From an uncultured Nitrososphaeraceae archaeon (GTDB taxonomy: Archaea; Thermoproteota; Nitrososphaeria; Nitrososphaerales; Nitrososphaeraceae), in NCBI GenBank assembly GCA_963729045.1, contig CAVSMN010000020.1:182080-246079 (forward strand): DNA of 64,000 bases, read 5' to 3'. A program made the position numbers and the translations under genes. Of the stretch, positions 21,231-32,034 are shown one piece after another; the stretch's first letter is position 1, and each line of letters begins with the position of its first letter. The notes below the pieces were generated by a model, which was not told the DNA's origin, searched no databases, and worked only from the letters and a program-made list of their open reading frames with translations.

Positions 21231-22304
21231 ATGAAATTCACTAAAGTAAAGGATTCAGAAAACAAAATAGTCTTAACCTTAGAAGAACCAGATGATCTTT
21301 TTAGTCTAAGAAGAGTAATAGACATAGGAGACAGCATTATTGCCGATACTACTAGGGTAATCAAACAGGATAATGAATACGCTAGACCAGACAGAGGAGA
21401 AAGAATTAAAATCAGGATAATTTTAAGAATAGAAAAAATTAGTTTTGATGATGCAATAGACAGATTGAAGATATCAGGAGTAATAATTACTTCAAACAAT
21501 GAAAACATACCTAAGGGTCTGCACCATTCTATTAACGTAAAAATCAATGATACGATCATCCTAGAAAAATCAAATTGGAATGAAAACTATATAAAAATAC
21601 TATCAAAGTCGGCTCTTGAATTTAAATATTTATTTATCTCAATAGACTCACAAGAGACAGCTATTGCAAAATTAACTGGAACAAATTTGAAAATAACTCC
21701 TAACATACATTCCGGAAAGAGTGGCAAAAGATACGTTACTGATCAAAGAAATGAATCAAGCAATAAGATCTATTTTGAGAATATAAGAACTGCCTTAGAT
21801 ATTTATTTAGAAGAACAAGGAATCAAAATAGTAATATTTGGTCCCGGAGAGACAAAGAGAAGATTCCTTAATCATCTAAGGGAAAAAAACGAAGCCTATC
21901 AAGACAAAGATTTTGTAATTGCGGACGGTATTGAAACGGCTGGTGAAGACGGGATTTATGTATTTTTGAGATCAGAAGCCATGAAGGATCTTATGTCCAG
22001 TAGCAAAATTGCCATGGTTTCGACGATTCTGGATAGAGTGATGCAACAAATAAACAACGGAGAAAAAAAATATGCAATGGGAATAGAAGAGACAAAATAC
22101 GCTAATTCATTAAATGCCATTGATTCGCTGGTTTATTCTGACAAGGTTTTTTCAGAAATAAAAGAAGACGAGTTCATAAAACTACTAAACAATATGGAAT
22201 ATAATAATGTAAAAATTTATGCAACTGATTCAACTACCGATATTGGATTAAGGGTGTCATCACTAGGTGGAATAATTGCATTATTGCGATATCGAATAAA
22301 TTGA
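21231..22304 (+). CDS. pelA: mRNA surveillance/ribosome rescue protein pelota
   Basis: EEPDDL, RLKISG, SGK, FGPG and LGGIIALLRY motifs. Confidence 0.93.
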   Translation: MKFTKVKDSENKIVLTLEEPDDLFSLRRVIDIGDSIIADTTRVIKQDNEYARPDRGERIKIRIILRIEKISFDDAIDRLKISGVIITSNNENIPKGLHHSINVKINDTIILEKSNWNENYIKILSKSALEFKYLFISIDSQETAIAKLTGTNLKITPNIHSGKSGKRYVTDQRNESSNKIYFENIRTALDIYLEEQGIKIVIFGPGETKRRFLNHLREKNEAYQDKDFVIADGIETAGEDGIYVFLRSEAMKDLMSSSKIAMVSTILDRVMQQINNGEKKYAMGIEETKYANSLNAIDSLVYSDKVFSEIKEDEFIKLLNNMEYNNVKIYATDSTTDIGLRVSSLGGIIALLRYRIN

Positions 22305-22458
22305 AGTTTGATTTGGATTCACATAACACAATGACGTATTATGAACCAATTCAAAAAAAGACTTTCAATATGCATATATTTTATTTAAAGTGCACACAAT
22401 AACAATTTATTCATTAGATTTTGAATGCTGAGACGTAGAAAAATTCAATAGCATAGTA

Positions 22459-22829
22459 TCAATCCAAATTAGAAATTAGGATTACCCTTGCGTGTATTGT
22501 TAATAATCCATGAAAGATATTCCAATGAAACATCATCCATCTTAATAATGACAATTTCAGGTACTTTATATGGATGATGGGCTAGAATTTCAGCCTTCAA
22601 TGCTTGGATACAACTCGAGGTAGGTCTTAAAAAAAGCGATAATTTCTTCTTCTTGTTTTAATTCAGATTCCCAAACATACAAAGAATTTATTCTTGTATA
22701 ATTTACGCACGCACATAATTTCTTCTCCACCACAAGTGTTTTAGATAGATTGATTAAAGATTGTTCATCGGTGAAGGTAGATATCAGAATCATACCATTA
22801 CAACTAGACCGTTCATCTTGCATTTGCAT
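22459..22829 (-). CDS. cutA: Divalent-cation tolerance protein CutA, +1 indel near 22623
   Basis: KKLCACVN..SLYVWE; after removing one C the frame continues KTT...HHPYKVPEIV..EYLSWI to TGA at 22459. Confidence 0.88.
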
Positions 22830-23023
22830 TCATTTATTTGATATAATAAATTCTATTTATTGGTATACAATATGGGCCCATTCATATGGAACCAGTTATT
22901 TGGGTAGACACCATTCCTTGAACAGCAAAAGGTTATGCAGTAAACTTATTTTGAAATTTATGAGAAGGACCAAGAATGCAAATATAAATAAGGACACTCT
23001 AATCTAATTTTTACAATCAATTC

Positions 23024-24465
23024 ATGAAAATAGATAATATAAGGAACATATAAGAAAACGCTCACATAATTCAAAATGAGGAAACATATTACCAATTTGC
23101 AGGTCTAAAGTATAATCCCGCCATAATTCAAGAAATATCAAAATTGAAGATTCAAGGTTGTCGGTTATTTTTGAAATCGTTTGATACCCTAGAGAATTGT
23201 TTTTGTCATCCTTAGAAAGTCTTGCAGAAGATAAAACTAAAAGTTTAGAGCGTGAATTACATGAGATCAGAAATAAGAAATTGGTGGACAAGAGATACAG
23301 GATTGAAGATAACTATGTAAACTGGAGCAACTGGAGACAATTTAACGCGATAGAAACAAATCATAATTATAGAAAGAATGTTTTTGATTGTTTTATTGAG
23401 AAAACAGAATTGATAAAACCAGTTATAGAAAAGAGGTTCAACAAAATTAGGAATATTTACGAATATGAGGGAGGAATGAATCCTCTGCATGGGTATTTAG
23501 AAAGTGAAGGAGTATCATATGATAAGTTAAAAGAATTTGTAGAGAATTTAGCAAATTCAACAAGCAAACTATTCAGCGAAAGACTAGTTACTCTATCTAA
23601 TAAAATTTTTGATAGAAATCCAGAGTATTATGATGATTTTTACTATTTTAGAAACAGAGTTTTTAAAGATATCTCAGATGAATTTGCTAAAGTAAATCCT
23701 ATTTCAACTGTTATCAAGACTCTAAGGGATTTAAAAATGAATGTAAAAAAAATATCCTTTGATTCAGAGGATAGAAAAAATAAATATCCATCCCCCATCT
23801 GCTTTTTTATACACATTCCTTCAGATATAAGAATTCTTTATAGAGAAGAAAGTCCATATTTTGATTTTCAAGGATGCTTTCATGAATCAGGACACGCGAT
23901 GCATGCCACCTCAATTAATCCCAGTTTAGAATATGAAAAAAAATACCACATCCCAATGGGAATTAACGAAATCTTCTCAATCTTTTTGGAAAGACTAACG
24001 AGAAATAAGAAATATTTAGAAAAACAATTAAAGATATCAAATAGAGGAAAGCTGGATAAAATAATTGAACTAAATAATTTTATGGAATTATTTTTCGTGA
24101 CTTTCTATTCTGCAAACTCTTTAACAAAAATGGATTTTTGGGTGAATAAACGGTCCATCGAAAATACAAATAAAATTTACTCATCGATGATGAAAAAATA
24201 TACAAATATAGAAATGCCAGGGCAGTACTGGATGCTTCACCACATAATGCCAGAATCAATAATGTACGTACCAAGTTATTTATTAGCTGCTGTAAGAGCT
24301 GCAGAGTTAGAAAAAAAAATTGAAGAATTATACGGGGAAAATTGGTGGGAATCAGAAGAAGCCGGAAAATATTTAAAAAGCATGATGAAAGATGGTGCAA
24401 ATATTAATTTTCAAGAATTTTCTAAGCTAGATTCAAGAGTGTTCTTAAAAGAGATCACTGGGTAG
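23024..24465 (+). CDS. M3/M32-like (gluzincin) metallopeptidase with disrupted 5' end
   Basis: FHESGHAMH zinc motif plus downstream NEIFS; ORF 23197..24465 extends upstream via a -1 indel near 23187 and an in-frame TAA at 23051 to ATG 23024. Confidence 0.75.
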
Positions 24466-24785
24466 GAAACTATATGCGATATTTCCCATGGTCAGGGAAA
24501 TGTTCTCTTAAAAATTCATCGGTTGATAAATTTTTAGACCAAATATTAAAGATTAATGTAAGCTTTGATTTCATAAATTGAGAAAGTTGAAGCTCACCGC
24601 ATGCATAAAACGCACTAATAGTTACTGTAAAAGGAACATTTAAAGTGCGTGTGCCACTAAACTCGATAAACGCAACTTCCAGTCGATGATATGTGGAAGA
24701 GGCCACGGATTTATTGTTTGAGATTGATCTTTAATACATAAAAGTATATATTACTAAATTAATATCTTGAAACAACTTTTTTAGA

Positions 24786-25724
24786 TCAGAAAGGTTCTTC
24801 ATGCAGTAATGCGGACAATAAAGCTGCCCTTAACTCTTTTCCGTAAGCAGCTTGTTTAAAATAAAGAGCATTCACAGTATTATCAATTGATGGAGATATT
24901 TCATCAACTCTAGGTAACGGATGTAAAATAGAAACATCAGGTTTTGACTTTTTCAAGATATTTTCATCAATAGTATACAATCCTTGAATTTTTTTATATT
25001 CTTGAAGATCCGGAAATCGTTCTCTTTGGATACGTGTTACATATATCACGTCTAATTTTTCTAACAAGTCATCAGATAATTCAATATGATGATACATTTT
25101 TACCTTAGTTGAGATATCGTATATCGATTCACTTCGAACTTTTAGTACAGATGGAGAAACAAGATGAATTTCGACTTTATAATTAGATAGGGCATAGATT
25201 AGAGAATATACCGTACGGCCATACTTTAGATCTCCTATTATTCCAATAGATAGACCATCAATTCTTTTTTTTTCTTTGAATATGGTGTAAATGTCCAACA
25301 TAGCTTGAGTAGGATGTTCTTCGCTACCACTACCTCCATTTATCACAGGTTTTTCTGATATTTCACAAGCATATCTACTCGAACCATCGGAAGGATGACG
25401 TATTAAAATGATATCGGAGTATAATGAGATGGTCTTAATGGTATCAGCATAACTTTCGCCTTTCATGATAGATGAAGAATCCACATCTGATATTCCCAAA
25501 GATCTGCCCCCAATGGAGGACATAGCAGATTCGAAACTTAACCGGGTTCTAGTACTATACTCATAAAAAATATATCCAAGAATTAAGCCTTTTGCGATTT
25601 CTCCACGCTCTCTAGATTTCAATGTTCTTATTTTATCAGTAATATCAAAGAGAAAAGTAAAATCATCTATATTGAAATCGCGAATGGACACTATATTGCG
25701 ATTAAAAAATCTATTTTGAATCAT
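24786..25724 (-). CDS. pyrB: Aspartate carbamoyltransferase catalytic subunit
   Basis: STRTRLSF, HPTQ, GDLKYGRT and HPLPR motifs. Confidence 0.97.
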   Translation of the reverse strand: MIQNRFFNRNIVSIRDFNIDDFTFLFDITDKIRTLKSRERGEIAKGLILGYIFYEYSTRTRLSFESAMSSIGGRSLGISDVDSSSIMKGESYADTIKTISLYSDIILIRHPSDGSSRYACEISEKPVINGGSGSEEHPTQAMLDIYTIFKEKKRIDGLSIGIIGDLKYGRTVYSLIYALSNYKVEIHLVSPSVLKVRSESIYDISTKVKMYHHIELSDDLLEKLDVIYVTRIQRERFPDLQEYKKIQGLYTIDENILKKSKPDVSILHPLPRVDEISPSIDNTVNALYFKQAAYGKELRAALLSALLHEEPF

Positions 25725-25789
25725 GAATAACCATGTAATTAATACTTTCTAAAATATACCATCATTCAGTAGACAGCAAGGATAAAAAA

Positions 25790-28543
25790 TCATCCTGAGC
25801 CACAACTACTAAATCCACATTCAATGCACATATTACAGCCTTCTGTAATAATTAAGTAATTTTTACAAACTGGGCATGCTTCTTTATCGCTTTCTGTTCT
25901 TGTAAGAGTGTATGGGTCAGGTTTGGTAGTAATTGATACAGTATTGGATTCAAAACTATTAGGTTCTAGTTGGTTATCGACTGTATTAGTTGCTACGGCA
26001 TATTGATCACTTGATTCATAATCCTTAAAAATTGGATTTACCTGATCAAGAACATAAGGTTCATGTATGTTTGTTAAAATATAATCATGCAAATACATAC
26101 TTGGTTTAACTTGGAATCTTTTTTCACGATCATTACCAGTAATATGTAAAACTTGTTCATTCCTAGAGCCATCTCTATAGATAGTCACCCCTTTTAATCC
26201 AAATTCATGAGCAAGTAGATATGCACATTTTACATCCTCAACCGTAACATCTCCAGGCATGTTGATTGTTTTTGCAATCGCGTTACTGATCCATTTTTGC
26301 CACACAGCTTGAGCCATTATATGATCGGTCCAATGAATATCTATGGCCGTAACAAATAGCTTTTGTATCCATTCAGGTATTTCATTTATGCCACGAACGG
26401 ATCCGTAATTATTTGCAATTTTTATCAAAATTTCATCAGTGTATAATCCATGTTCTTTCAAAACATTCTCAAAAATCTTGTTTGTATAGAAGAACCTACC
26501 AACAGTAACACGTTTTTCAAACACCAAAGCAAAAACAGGTTCAACACCATTAGATACATCCGAAATCATTGATAAAGTACCAGTAGGTGCGATAGTAGTA
26601 GTCCATGAATTCCTGATTCCATAGTTTTTAATTTTTTCTATTAAGGAGTCCCAATCATAATAATGTGAATCCTTAGGGATCTCATGGTAACCCGACAGCG
26701 GAATATCTCCATTCTTATACTCAGTCTGATCAAATAACGGGAAAGCACCTCGAGATTTTGAAATGACAACACTTTCATCCATACTAAAATACGACAAAGT
26801 TTCAGCTAGTTTACTCATGAATTCATATCCTTCCTTTGAATCATAGGGGATTTGTAACATGAATAATAAGTCTGCTATACCCATAATCCCCAATCCTATT
26901 CGCCTGGTTAGTTTTGTATTGATATCTATTTCCTCTACAGGATATTTATTGACGTCAATAACATTGTCCAAAAATCGTGTAGCTGTTCTAATGGATTGTT
27001 CATATTTGGGCCAATCAAATTCATACATTCCATCTGCTTTTCGTTTTACAAATTTGGATAAATTAATGGATCCGAGATTACAGGACTCACATGGATACAA
27101 GGACTGTTCGCCACATGGGTTAGTTGCTCTAAGTGGTCCCCCTTTGGCATCGATGCAAGGATTGTATTTATTTATATTATCAAAAAATATGACACCAGGT
27201 TCAGCGCTCTTCCATGCACTCAATGCTATTAGCTCCATTAATTGATGAGAATCGATATTTTTCACATTAGCCTTGGTTCTGGGATTTTTCAGAGAATATT
27301 TATGATCCGCTTTATTTACTAATGATTTCCAAAAATCTGACCAGATACCTACACTTACGTTAAAATTTTCATACATCCCTGGTTTAGTTTTCATTGTAAT
27401 GAATTTTTCGATATCTGGATGCCAAGATTCCAAAATACCCATATTTGCGCCACGCCTTTTTCCACCTTGTTTAACTACGTCTGTAATTGAATCGATAATT
27501 TGCATAAAAGAAGTTGGTCCAGATGCAACACCACTAGTAGATGCAACTATATCCCCTTCGGGCCTTAAGTCAGAATAATTTATTCCAACACCTCCTCCAG
27601 ATTTAAAAATCATTGCTGCGTCAGTGGATGATTTCATAATAGAATACATATCATCAGGCATATCAAGAACAAAACAGGCAGATAGTTGTCCCAATCTGGC
27701 ACCAGCATTCATAAGAGTTGGCGTATTAGGAAGAAATTCATTAGAAACCATCAAATTGTAATATTCCGTTATTTTGTTGCCATAATTGCTCATTTTTCCT
27801 TCTGCAATCAATCGTAAAAGTTCTTTAAAGCTTAACTTCATTCTTCCCAGTTTGGCCTCATCAATATATGATCTGATTAATGCTTCAAAATGATATTTAT
27901 TAAAATAATAACTTCCAATTTTTAACTTGCTATCGAAATCGTCTAATTTTTTATAATATAATTCTGCTTCAGATAAAGTCTGTGTATGATTATTGTGAAA
28001 ATCATAAACTCGAGAGTCATGAATAATATCCGATATAGCAACCAATATTGCGACTCGTTCAAATAATTGCTTTGGACCTTCGATAATTTCACCACTATTA
28101 TCCCTCAATAAATATCTTGAAGACAGAACACGCAGAGAATTGACATCCAGGGTTTTATCCACTTCGTCAAGATCTTTTTTATTTAAGATCTTCATTTTCA
28201 TTTCCCTTAATTTTCTTCTTTCATGACGATATAGGATGTAAGCCTTAGCGGTCTCAGCCAGACCTTCTTCAATTAAGATTGATTCAACCATATCTTGAAC
28301 ATCTTCGACGCTCAAAACATGATCTCTATGAATGGACTCCAAGTATCCATTTTTAATAATTTTATTTACCAATTTTGATGCAAGTAATTCAGCCAATTTA
28401 TGATCGGGTTTACCAGCTGCAACCAATGCTTTGTAAATTGCATTCGATATTTTTGATTGCTCAAAATCCACTATTGTACTATTTCTTTTTTTAATATGTA
28501 CAATGGTTTTATTTTTTGAATCATGAAGATCAGTTTCAGCCAT
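25790..28543 (-). CDS. nrdJ: Class II (adenosylcobalamin) ribonucleotide reductase with N-terminal ATP cone
   Basis: ATP cone, PNTPTLMNAG, TNPCGEQ, CNLGSINL, IAPTGT, C-terminal zinc ribbon ending SSC. Confidence 0.95.
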   Translation of the reverse strand: MAETDLHDSKNKTIVHIKKRNSTIVDFEQSKISNAIYKALVAAGKPDHKLAELLASKLVNKIIKNGYLESIHRDHVLSVEDVQDMVESILIEEGLAETAKAYILYRHERRKLREMKMKILNKKDLDEVDKTLDVNSLRVLSSRYLLRDNSGEIIEGPKQLFERVAILVAISDIIHDSRVYDFHNNHTQTLSEAELYYKKLDDFDSKLKIGSYYFNKYHFEALIRSYIDEAKLGRMKLSFKELLRLIAEGKMSNYGNKITEYYNLMVSNEFLPNTPTLMNAGARLGQLSACFVLDMPDDMYSIMKSSTDAAMIFKSGGGVGINYSDLRPEGDIVASTSGVASGPTSFMQIIDSITDVVKQGGKRRGANMGILESWHPDIEKFITMKTKPGMYENFNVSVGIWSDFWKSLVNKADHKYSLKNPRTKANVKNIDSHQLMELIALSAWKSAEPGVIFFDNINKYNPCIDAKGGPLRATNPCGEQSLYPCESCNLGSINLSKFVKRKADGMYEFDWPKYEQSIRTATRFLDNVIDVNKYPVEEIDINTKLTRRIGLGIMGIADLLFMLQIPYDSKEGYEFMSKLAETLSYFSMDESVVISKSRGAFPLFDQTEYKNGDIPLSGYHEIPKDSHYYDWDSLIEKIKNYGIRNSWTTTIAPTGTLSMISDVSNGVEPVFALVFEKRVTVGRFFYTNKIFENVLKEHGLYTDEILIKIANNYGSVRGINEIPEWIQKLFVTAIDIHWTDHIMAQAVWQKWISNAIAKTINMPGDVTVEDVKCAYLLAHEFGLKGVTIYRDGSRNEQVLHITGNDREKRFQVKPSMYLHDYILTNIHEPYVLDQVNPIFKDYESSDQYAVATNTVDNQLEPNSFESNTVSITTKPDPYTLTRTESDKEACPVCKNYLIITEGCNMCIECGFSSCGSG

Positions 28544-28778
28544 ATAACATTTATATATTATTTATAGATCGTTTATATTAATTTCGATAGCTTATTTTAT
28601 AAATTAGCGAGTTTCAAATAAGAACTTACATCCAGGCTTAAAGTATACCATATGTAATAGACAGTCGTATTATAATGGACTGGTATTAAACAATTATGAA
28701 TAATCTAACAGATATACAAAAAAATGACTAAAGGACTAAATGGATGGAGTTTATTCAACATGTGCTGAACAATGGATA

Positions 28779-30830
28779 TTAGTTAAATGTGACAATATTT
28801 CGAGATCCACATATAGAACAAACATCACTACTAGCCACTCGAGTTCCGCATATAGAACATATGCGATTCTCTTCAAATATATCAAAGTAGGGGATAAAAT
28901 TAGTGGATTTTTGTATCAATTCCACCATTTCCTGAGTAGGAACATCACTAGTGAGTAGTTTTACGTACAAACCTCCAGCCATAAGATTATCCAATTCAAT
29001 TAGATTTCTAGATAATGAATCTTCATCATCAAGCATTTTTTTGGTAATAACTAGTCCTTGTGAATATGATCTAAAATCATGAGTCAGTTTACCAAATTTC
29101 TCGGAATCGAGGTTAACAAATCTTGTTGAACTAGAATCATTTATAATGGAAACGCCAAATTTGTCTGTGTTATGTTGGCCGAAATCAATTAGGACGTCAT
29201 TAGCCGTTTTAACCACTTTCTTTACAATATCAAATCCCACATCTTTAGAAAATCCCAAAATATCATGAATAGATTCATCTAATCCAGTCAAGTTAACGAT
29301 TATAGAAGTAGAACCCAATTGTGGAAAGCCCATAGTATGGGATAGAGCAGGTAATATATCTTGTCGAATGTTTTCTAATAATATCTCCTTCTTTAGTAAT
29401 AAAGTACTTACTGAGGGCCTCATTAACAAGGCTAATTTAGTCCTAAAATAGGTTTCATCTTTATTTGATTGATAAGCTAAACGGGGCAAATTTATAGAAA
29501 GGGAATGTAGTGCGACGATCGGCAACCCCATATCTTGATGCATCTTATGAATACCTCTACTACTACGAACCGATTTTTGTGAGAGAGATATTCGACCACC
29601 TAACTTTATGATCTTTGTAAGAAGGGACAACAAGTCATTAGATAAAGAATTTGCAAAAGTTATAAAAAGTCCAAAATTGGGCAGAGATACTTGCTCTATA
29701 TAAGACAAATATCCACTTAGCATTTGAAGCAAACGCTCGCTATTTTCATTTCCACTCAAAACTAGCGTTATAAATGGAGATCCTGCATACTGCATTGAAA
29801 CAGAAGATGAAATCAGTGAAAATGAAAAATATTCAGATATTTTATCAATAGCATAATCACCAAAAATTTTATCGATGTTTTCTATGACTATCTCTCTGGA
29901 AACCTCTCTTTGAAGTAATGAAACCATGATAGGCAATGTGATATTTAATTTATGAGCATGTGTATTCCTAGGTAAAAAAAGAAAATGGCTTTTGAGATTC
30001 AAGTTCTTGTTTACTTGCTCGATATCAACAAAAATAGTATCAGCGCCTATACCCCAATGACCTAATGCATCTAAATGAACCTCACCACTATAATGCATAT
30101 CCATAATATCTTTTTGAAAATTATTTGCAAAATAATCAGAAAAAACTTTTTCCGAAATATCTGTAATTAGGTCATTTATGCCATTTCTTAATGAATTATC
30201 ATTATGATGGAATTTTTTATTTAAGTCAAAAATGGGAACTCCGATTCTAATTAACTTATTCATTTGTTCCTCTAAACCATGTTCTAACAATACATTATTT
30301 ACACAATCTCTTATTAGTCTAGATGTCAAGTAAGAGGTTGAGAGTTTATATATTTTATTTTCCACCTCTTCAGTAATTTTTGTAGCTTGTTCTAATGACA
30401 TATTTGCTTCTCTAACCAAGGATTGAATTATTTTGTGTGGATTGAATTCTTCGATGGTTTGATGGCTGGTTCTAACATACATTTTCCCACTTTCAATTAT
30501 AGACTTTTCTTCTATCTGTCTAGCCAAGTTTAACACCAATTTACCTAGATTAGTAATGGTATACCTCCTTTCACCCTTATTTAGACCTACCAATGATTGT
30601 CTCAATAGTTTTCTTAAATGATATGCAAATTTCCCAGATTCTTTCTTTGATTTAAATCCTGCTAGTGATTTTAATTCAGAGTAGGTTAGAGGTCCTTTAT
30701 TATTAAGAATGCGCAAGATATCAATTCGATTAGGACTGGCCATTACTGAAAAAATCATTCTTACTCGTTTGGATGTGGATTCCAAAACTCCGCGTTTAGT
30801 TTCGGATGGGGGCAGATATGTATACCTCAA
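28779..30830 (-). CDS. ArsR-like HTH + ATP cone + degenerate class III RNR (NrdD-like) fusion protein
   Basis: PNRIDILRIL..LTYSELK..FAYHLRKL HTH; VRTS..EEFNPHKIIQSL ATP cone; HYSGEVHL, SINLPRLA and terminal CxxC-x9-CxxC; no glycyl-radical loop. Confidence 0.85.
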   Translation of the reverse strand: MRYTYLPPSETKRGVLESTSKRVRMIFSVMASPNRIDILRILNNKGPLTYSELKSLAGFKSKKESGKFAYHLRKLLRQSLVGLNKGERRYTITNLGKLVLNLARQIEEKSIIESGKMYVRTSHQTIEEFNPHKIIQSLVREANMSLEQATKITEEVENKIYKLSTSYLTSRLIRDCVNNVLLEHGLEEQMNKLIRIGVPIFDLNKKFHHNDNSLRNGINDLITDISEKVFSDYFANNFQKDIMDMHYSGEVHLDALGHWGIGADTIFVDIEQVNKNLNLKSHFLFLPRNTHAHKLNITLPIMVSLLQREVSREIVIENIDKIFGDYAIDKISEYFSFSLISSSVSMQYAGSPFITLVLSGNENSERLLQMLSGYLSYIEQVSLPNFGLFITFANSLSNDLLSLLTKIIKLGGRISLSQKSVRSSRGIHKMHQDMGLPIVALHSLSINLPRLAYQSNKDETYFRTKLALLMRPSVSTLLLKKEILLENIRQDILPALSHTMGFPQLGSTSIIVNLTGLDESIHDILGFSKDVGFDIVKKVVKTANDVLIDFGQHNTDKFGVSIINDSSSTRFVNLDSEKFGKLTHDFRSYSQGLVITKKMLDDEDSLSRNLIELDNLMAGGLYVKLLTSDVPTQEMVELIQKSTNFIPYFDIFEENRICSICGTRVASSDVCSICGSRNIVTFN

Positions 30831-30912
30831 CTACAAAGAGCAGTCTTATTATTAGTATATAAATAAAACTATCGGTCAGGATAAGGATAAGATGCTCTGG
30901 TTTGATGAGAAC

Positions 30913-31563
30913 CTAGCTTTCTAACAACACTTGTCCGCTGTTAAGTATATCATCCTTTAAATTAATACTAGGTCTCTTTGAAATGACAGAAACTGGAACT
31001 TCGGGTAGTTTTTCTTTTGCCTCGTCTTCCAAACTATTTTGAACATCACTTAATATGGCCAAAGCATCTTTATCGATCACAGATGCTATTTTACCAGCAT
31101 CGGTGTCAATATTAGAATTAATTAATACATCACCAGTTAGTGTATGAATGTCATTCAAAACATCAGTTGCAGACGGAACAGCCTTTGAAAGATCTTTCTG
31201 AATATCTTGGAGCATTTCTACAGTCGGATTAATTGTATCCATAATAGTTGAGAATTCGGTTATTGTGGTGAATCGGATTGCAACGACTTCTAAGGCCGTT
31301 GTTGCATTGTGAGTGTTCTTTCTAAGTCTTCTCATAGCAGATAACTCATTTGCAATGATATTTGCACGTGCATTATTTCCTGATTTTATATTTTGAGTTA
31401 TTTTGGAGCTAAAATTAGCATCAATATTAGAAAATTTTTTATCCATTAATTTGAGTTGCGAAATTTGCGTATTTATCACAGAGATAGCGCTGTTAACATC
31501 ATAATAGAACTGGCCACTTTTTTCCATCAAATCATCAGTAATCAGGACATTTGTTAAAAACAA
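30913..31563 (-). CDS. ESCRT-III/Snf7 family protein (CdvB paralog)
   Basis: Helical Snf7 pattern ARANIIANELSAMRR..ALEVVAIRFTT, C-terminal KEKLPEVP. Confidence 0.75.
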   Translation of the reverse strand: MFLTNVLITDDLMEKSGQFYYDVNSAISVINTQISQLKLMDKKFSNIDANFSSKITQNIKSGNNARANIIANELSAMRRLRKNTHNATTALEVVAIRFTTITEFSTIMDTINPTVEMLQDIQKDLSKAVPSATDVLNDIHTLTGDVLINSNIDTDAGKIASVIDKDALAILSDVQNSLEDEAKEKLPEVPVSVISKRPSINLKDDILNSGQVLLES

Positions 31564-31623
31564 ATGTTAAACTCTGTAAACAAAAAGGAGGATTAAATTT
31601 AGCTAGGGTGTTACGACATTAAA

Positions 31624-32019
31624 CTATTGATATTTTTGCAATATTAAACCATGTTTTTCGTGGAAATCAATCACTTTGATTTTAGAACCCAATGGTAGAT
31701 CAGAAGGTGAAGATATTCCAGGCAGAAACCCGGAAACATTTATGTCACAATCATCTAATTTAAAAATAACCCAAGCATACGAATTGACATCTTCAAATCC
31801 TTCTGGTGCTACTGCTTGGATTGTAAATGTTACAACTGTGCCCTTACCGCTGTATGATATTTGTTTAAAAGAGCTAGAAAAACATTTATCACAATAATAT
31901 ACGGTTTCTAATATAATATTATGGCATTTATTGCACTGATTAAGAATTATGTTCCCATTCTTCGCAAATTCGATGAACCGGTCTCGGGAGCTTTGATTTT
32001 TTGACTTTGATTGGGTCAA
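31624..32019 (-). CDS. DUF35 Zn-ribbon/OB-fold thiolase partner
   Basis: CNKC..CDKC, GKGTVVTFT; directly downstream of thiolase. Confidence 0.9.
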   Translation of the reverse strand: MTQSKSKNQSSRDRFIEFAKNGNIILNQCNKCHNIILETVYYCDKCFSSSFKQISYSGKGTVVTFTIQAVAPEGFEDVNSYAWVIFKLDDCDINVSGFLPGISSPSDLPLGSKIKVIDFHEKHGLILQKYQ

Positions 32020-32034
32020 TTACAATATCACCGT

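Noticed and set aside
25790..28543. Intein in nrdJ
   Set aside because: TNPCGEQ is uninterrupted and no splice-junction or endonuclease motifs were seen.
28662..28682. Imperfect palindrome CAGTC-N11-GACTG upstream of nrdJ as an operator
   Set aside because: Only 5-bp arms and a single copy; too weak without conservation data.
28779..30830. Functional anaerobic RNR (nrdD)
   Set aside because: No glycyl-radical loop, catalytic Cys or neighbouring activase.
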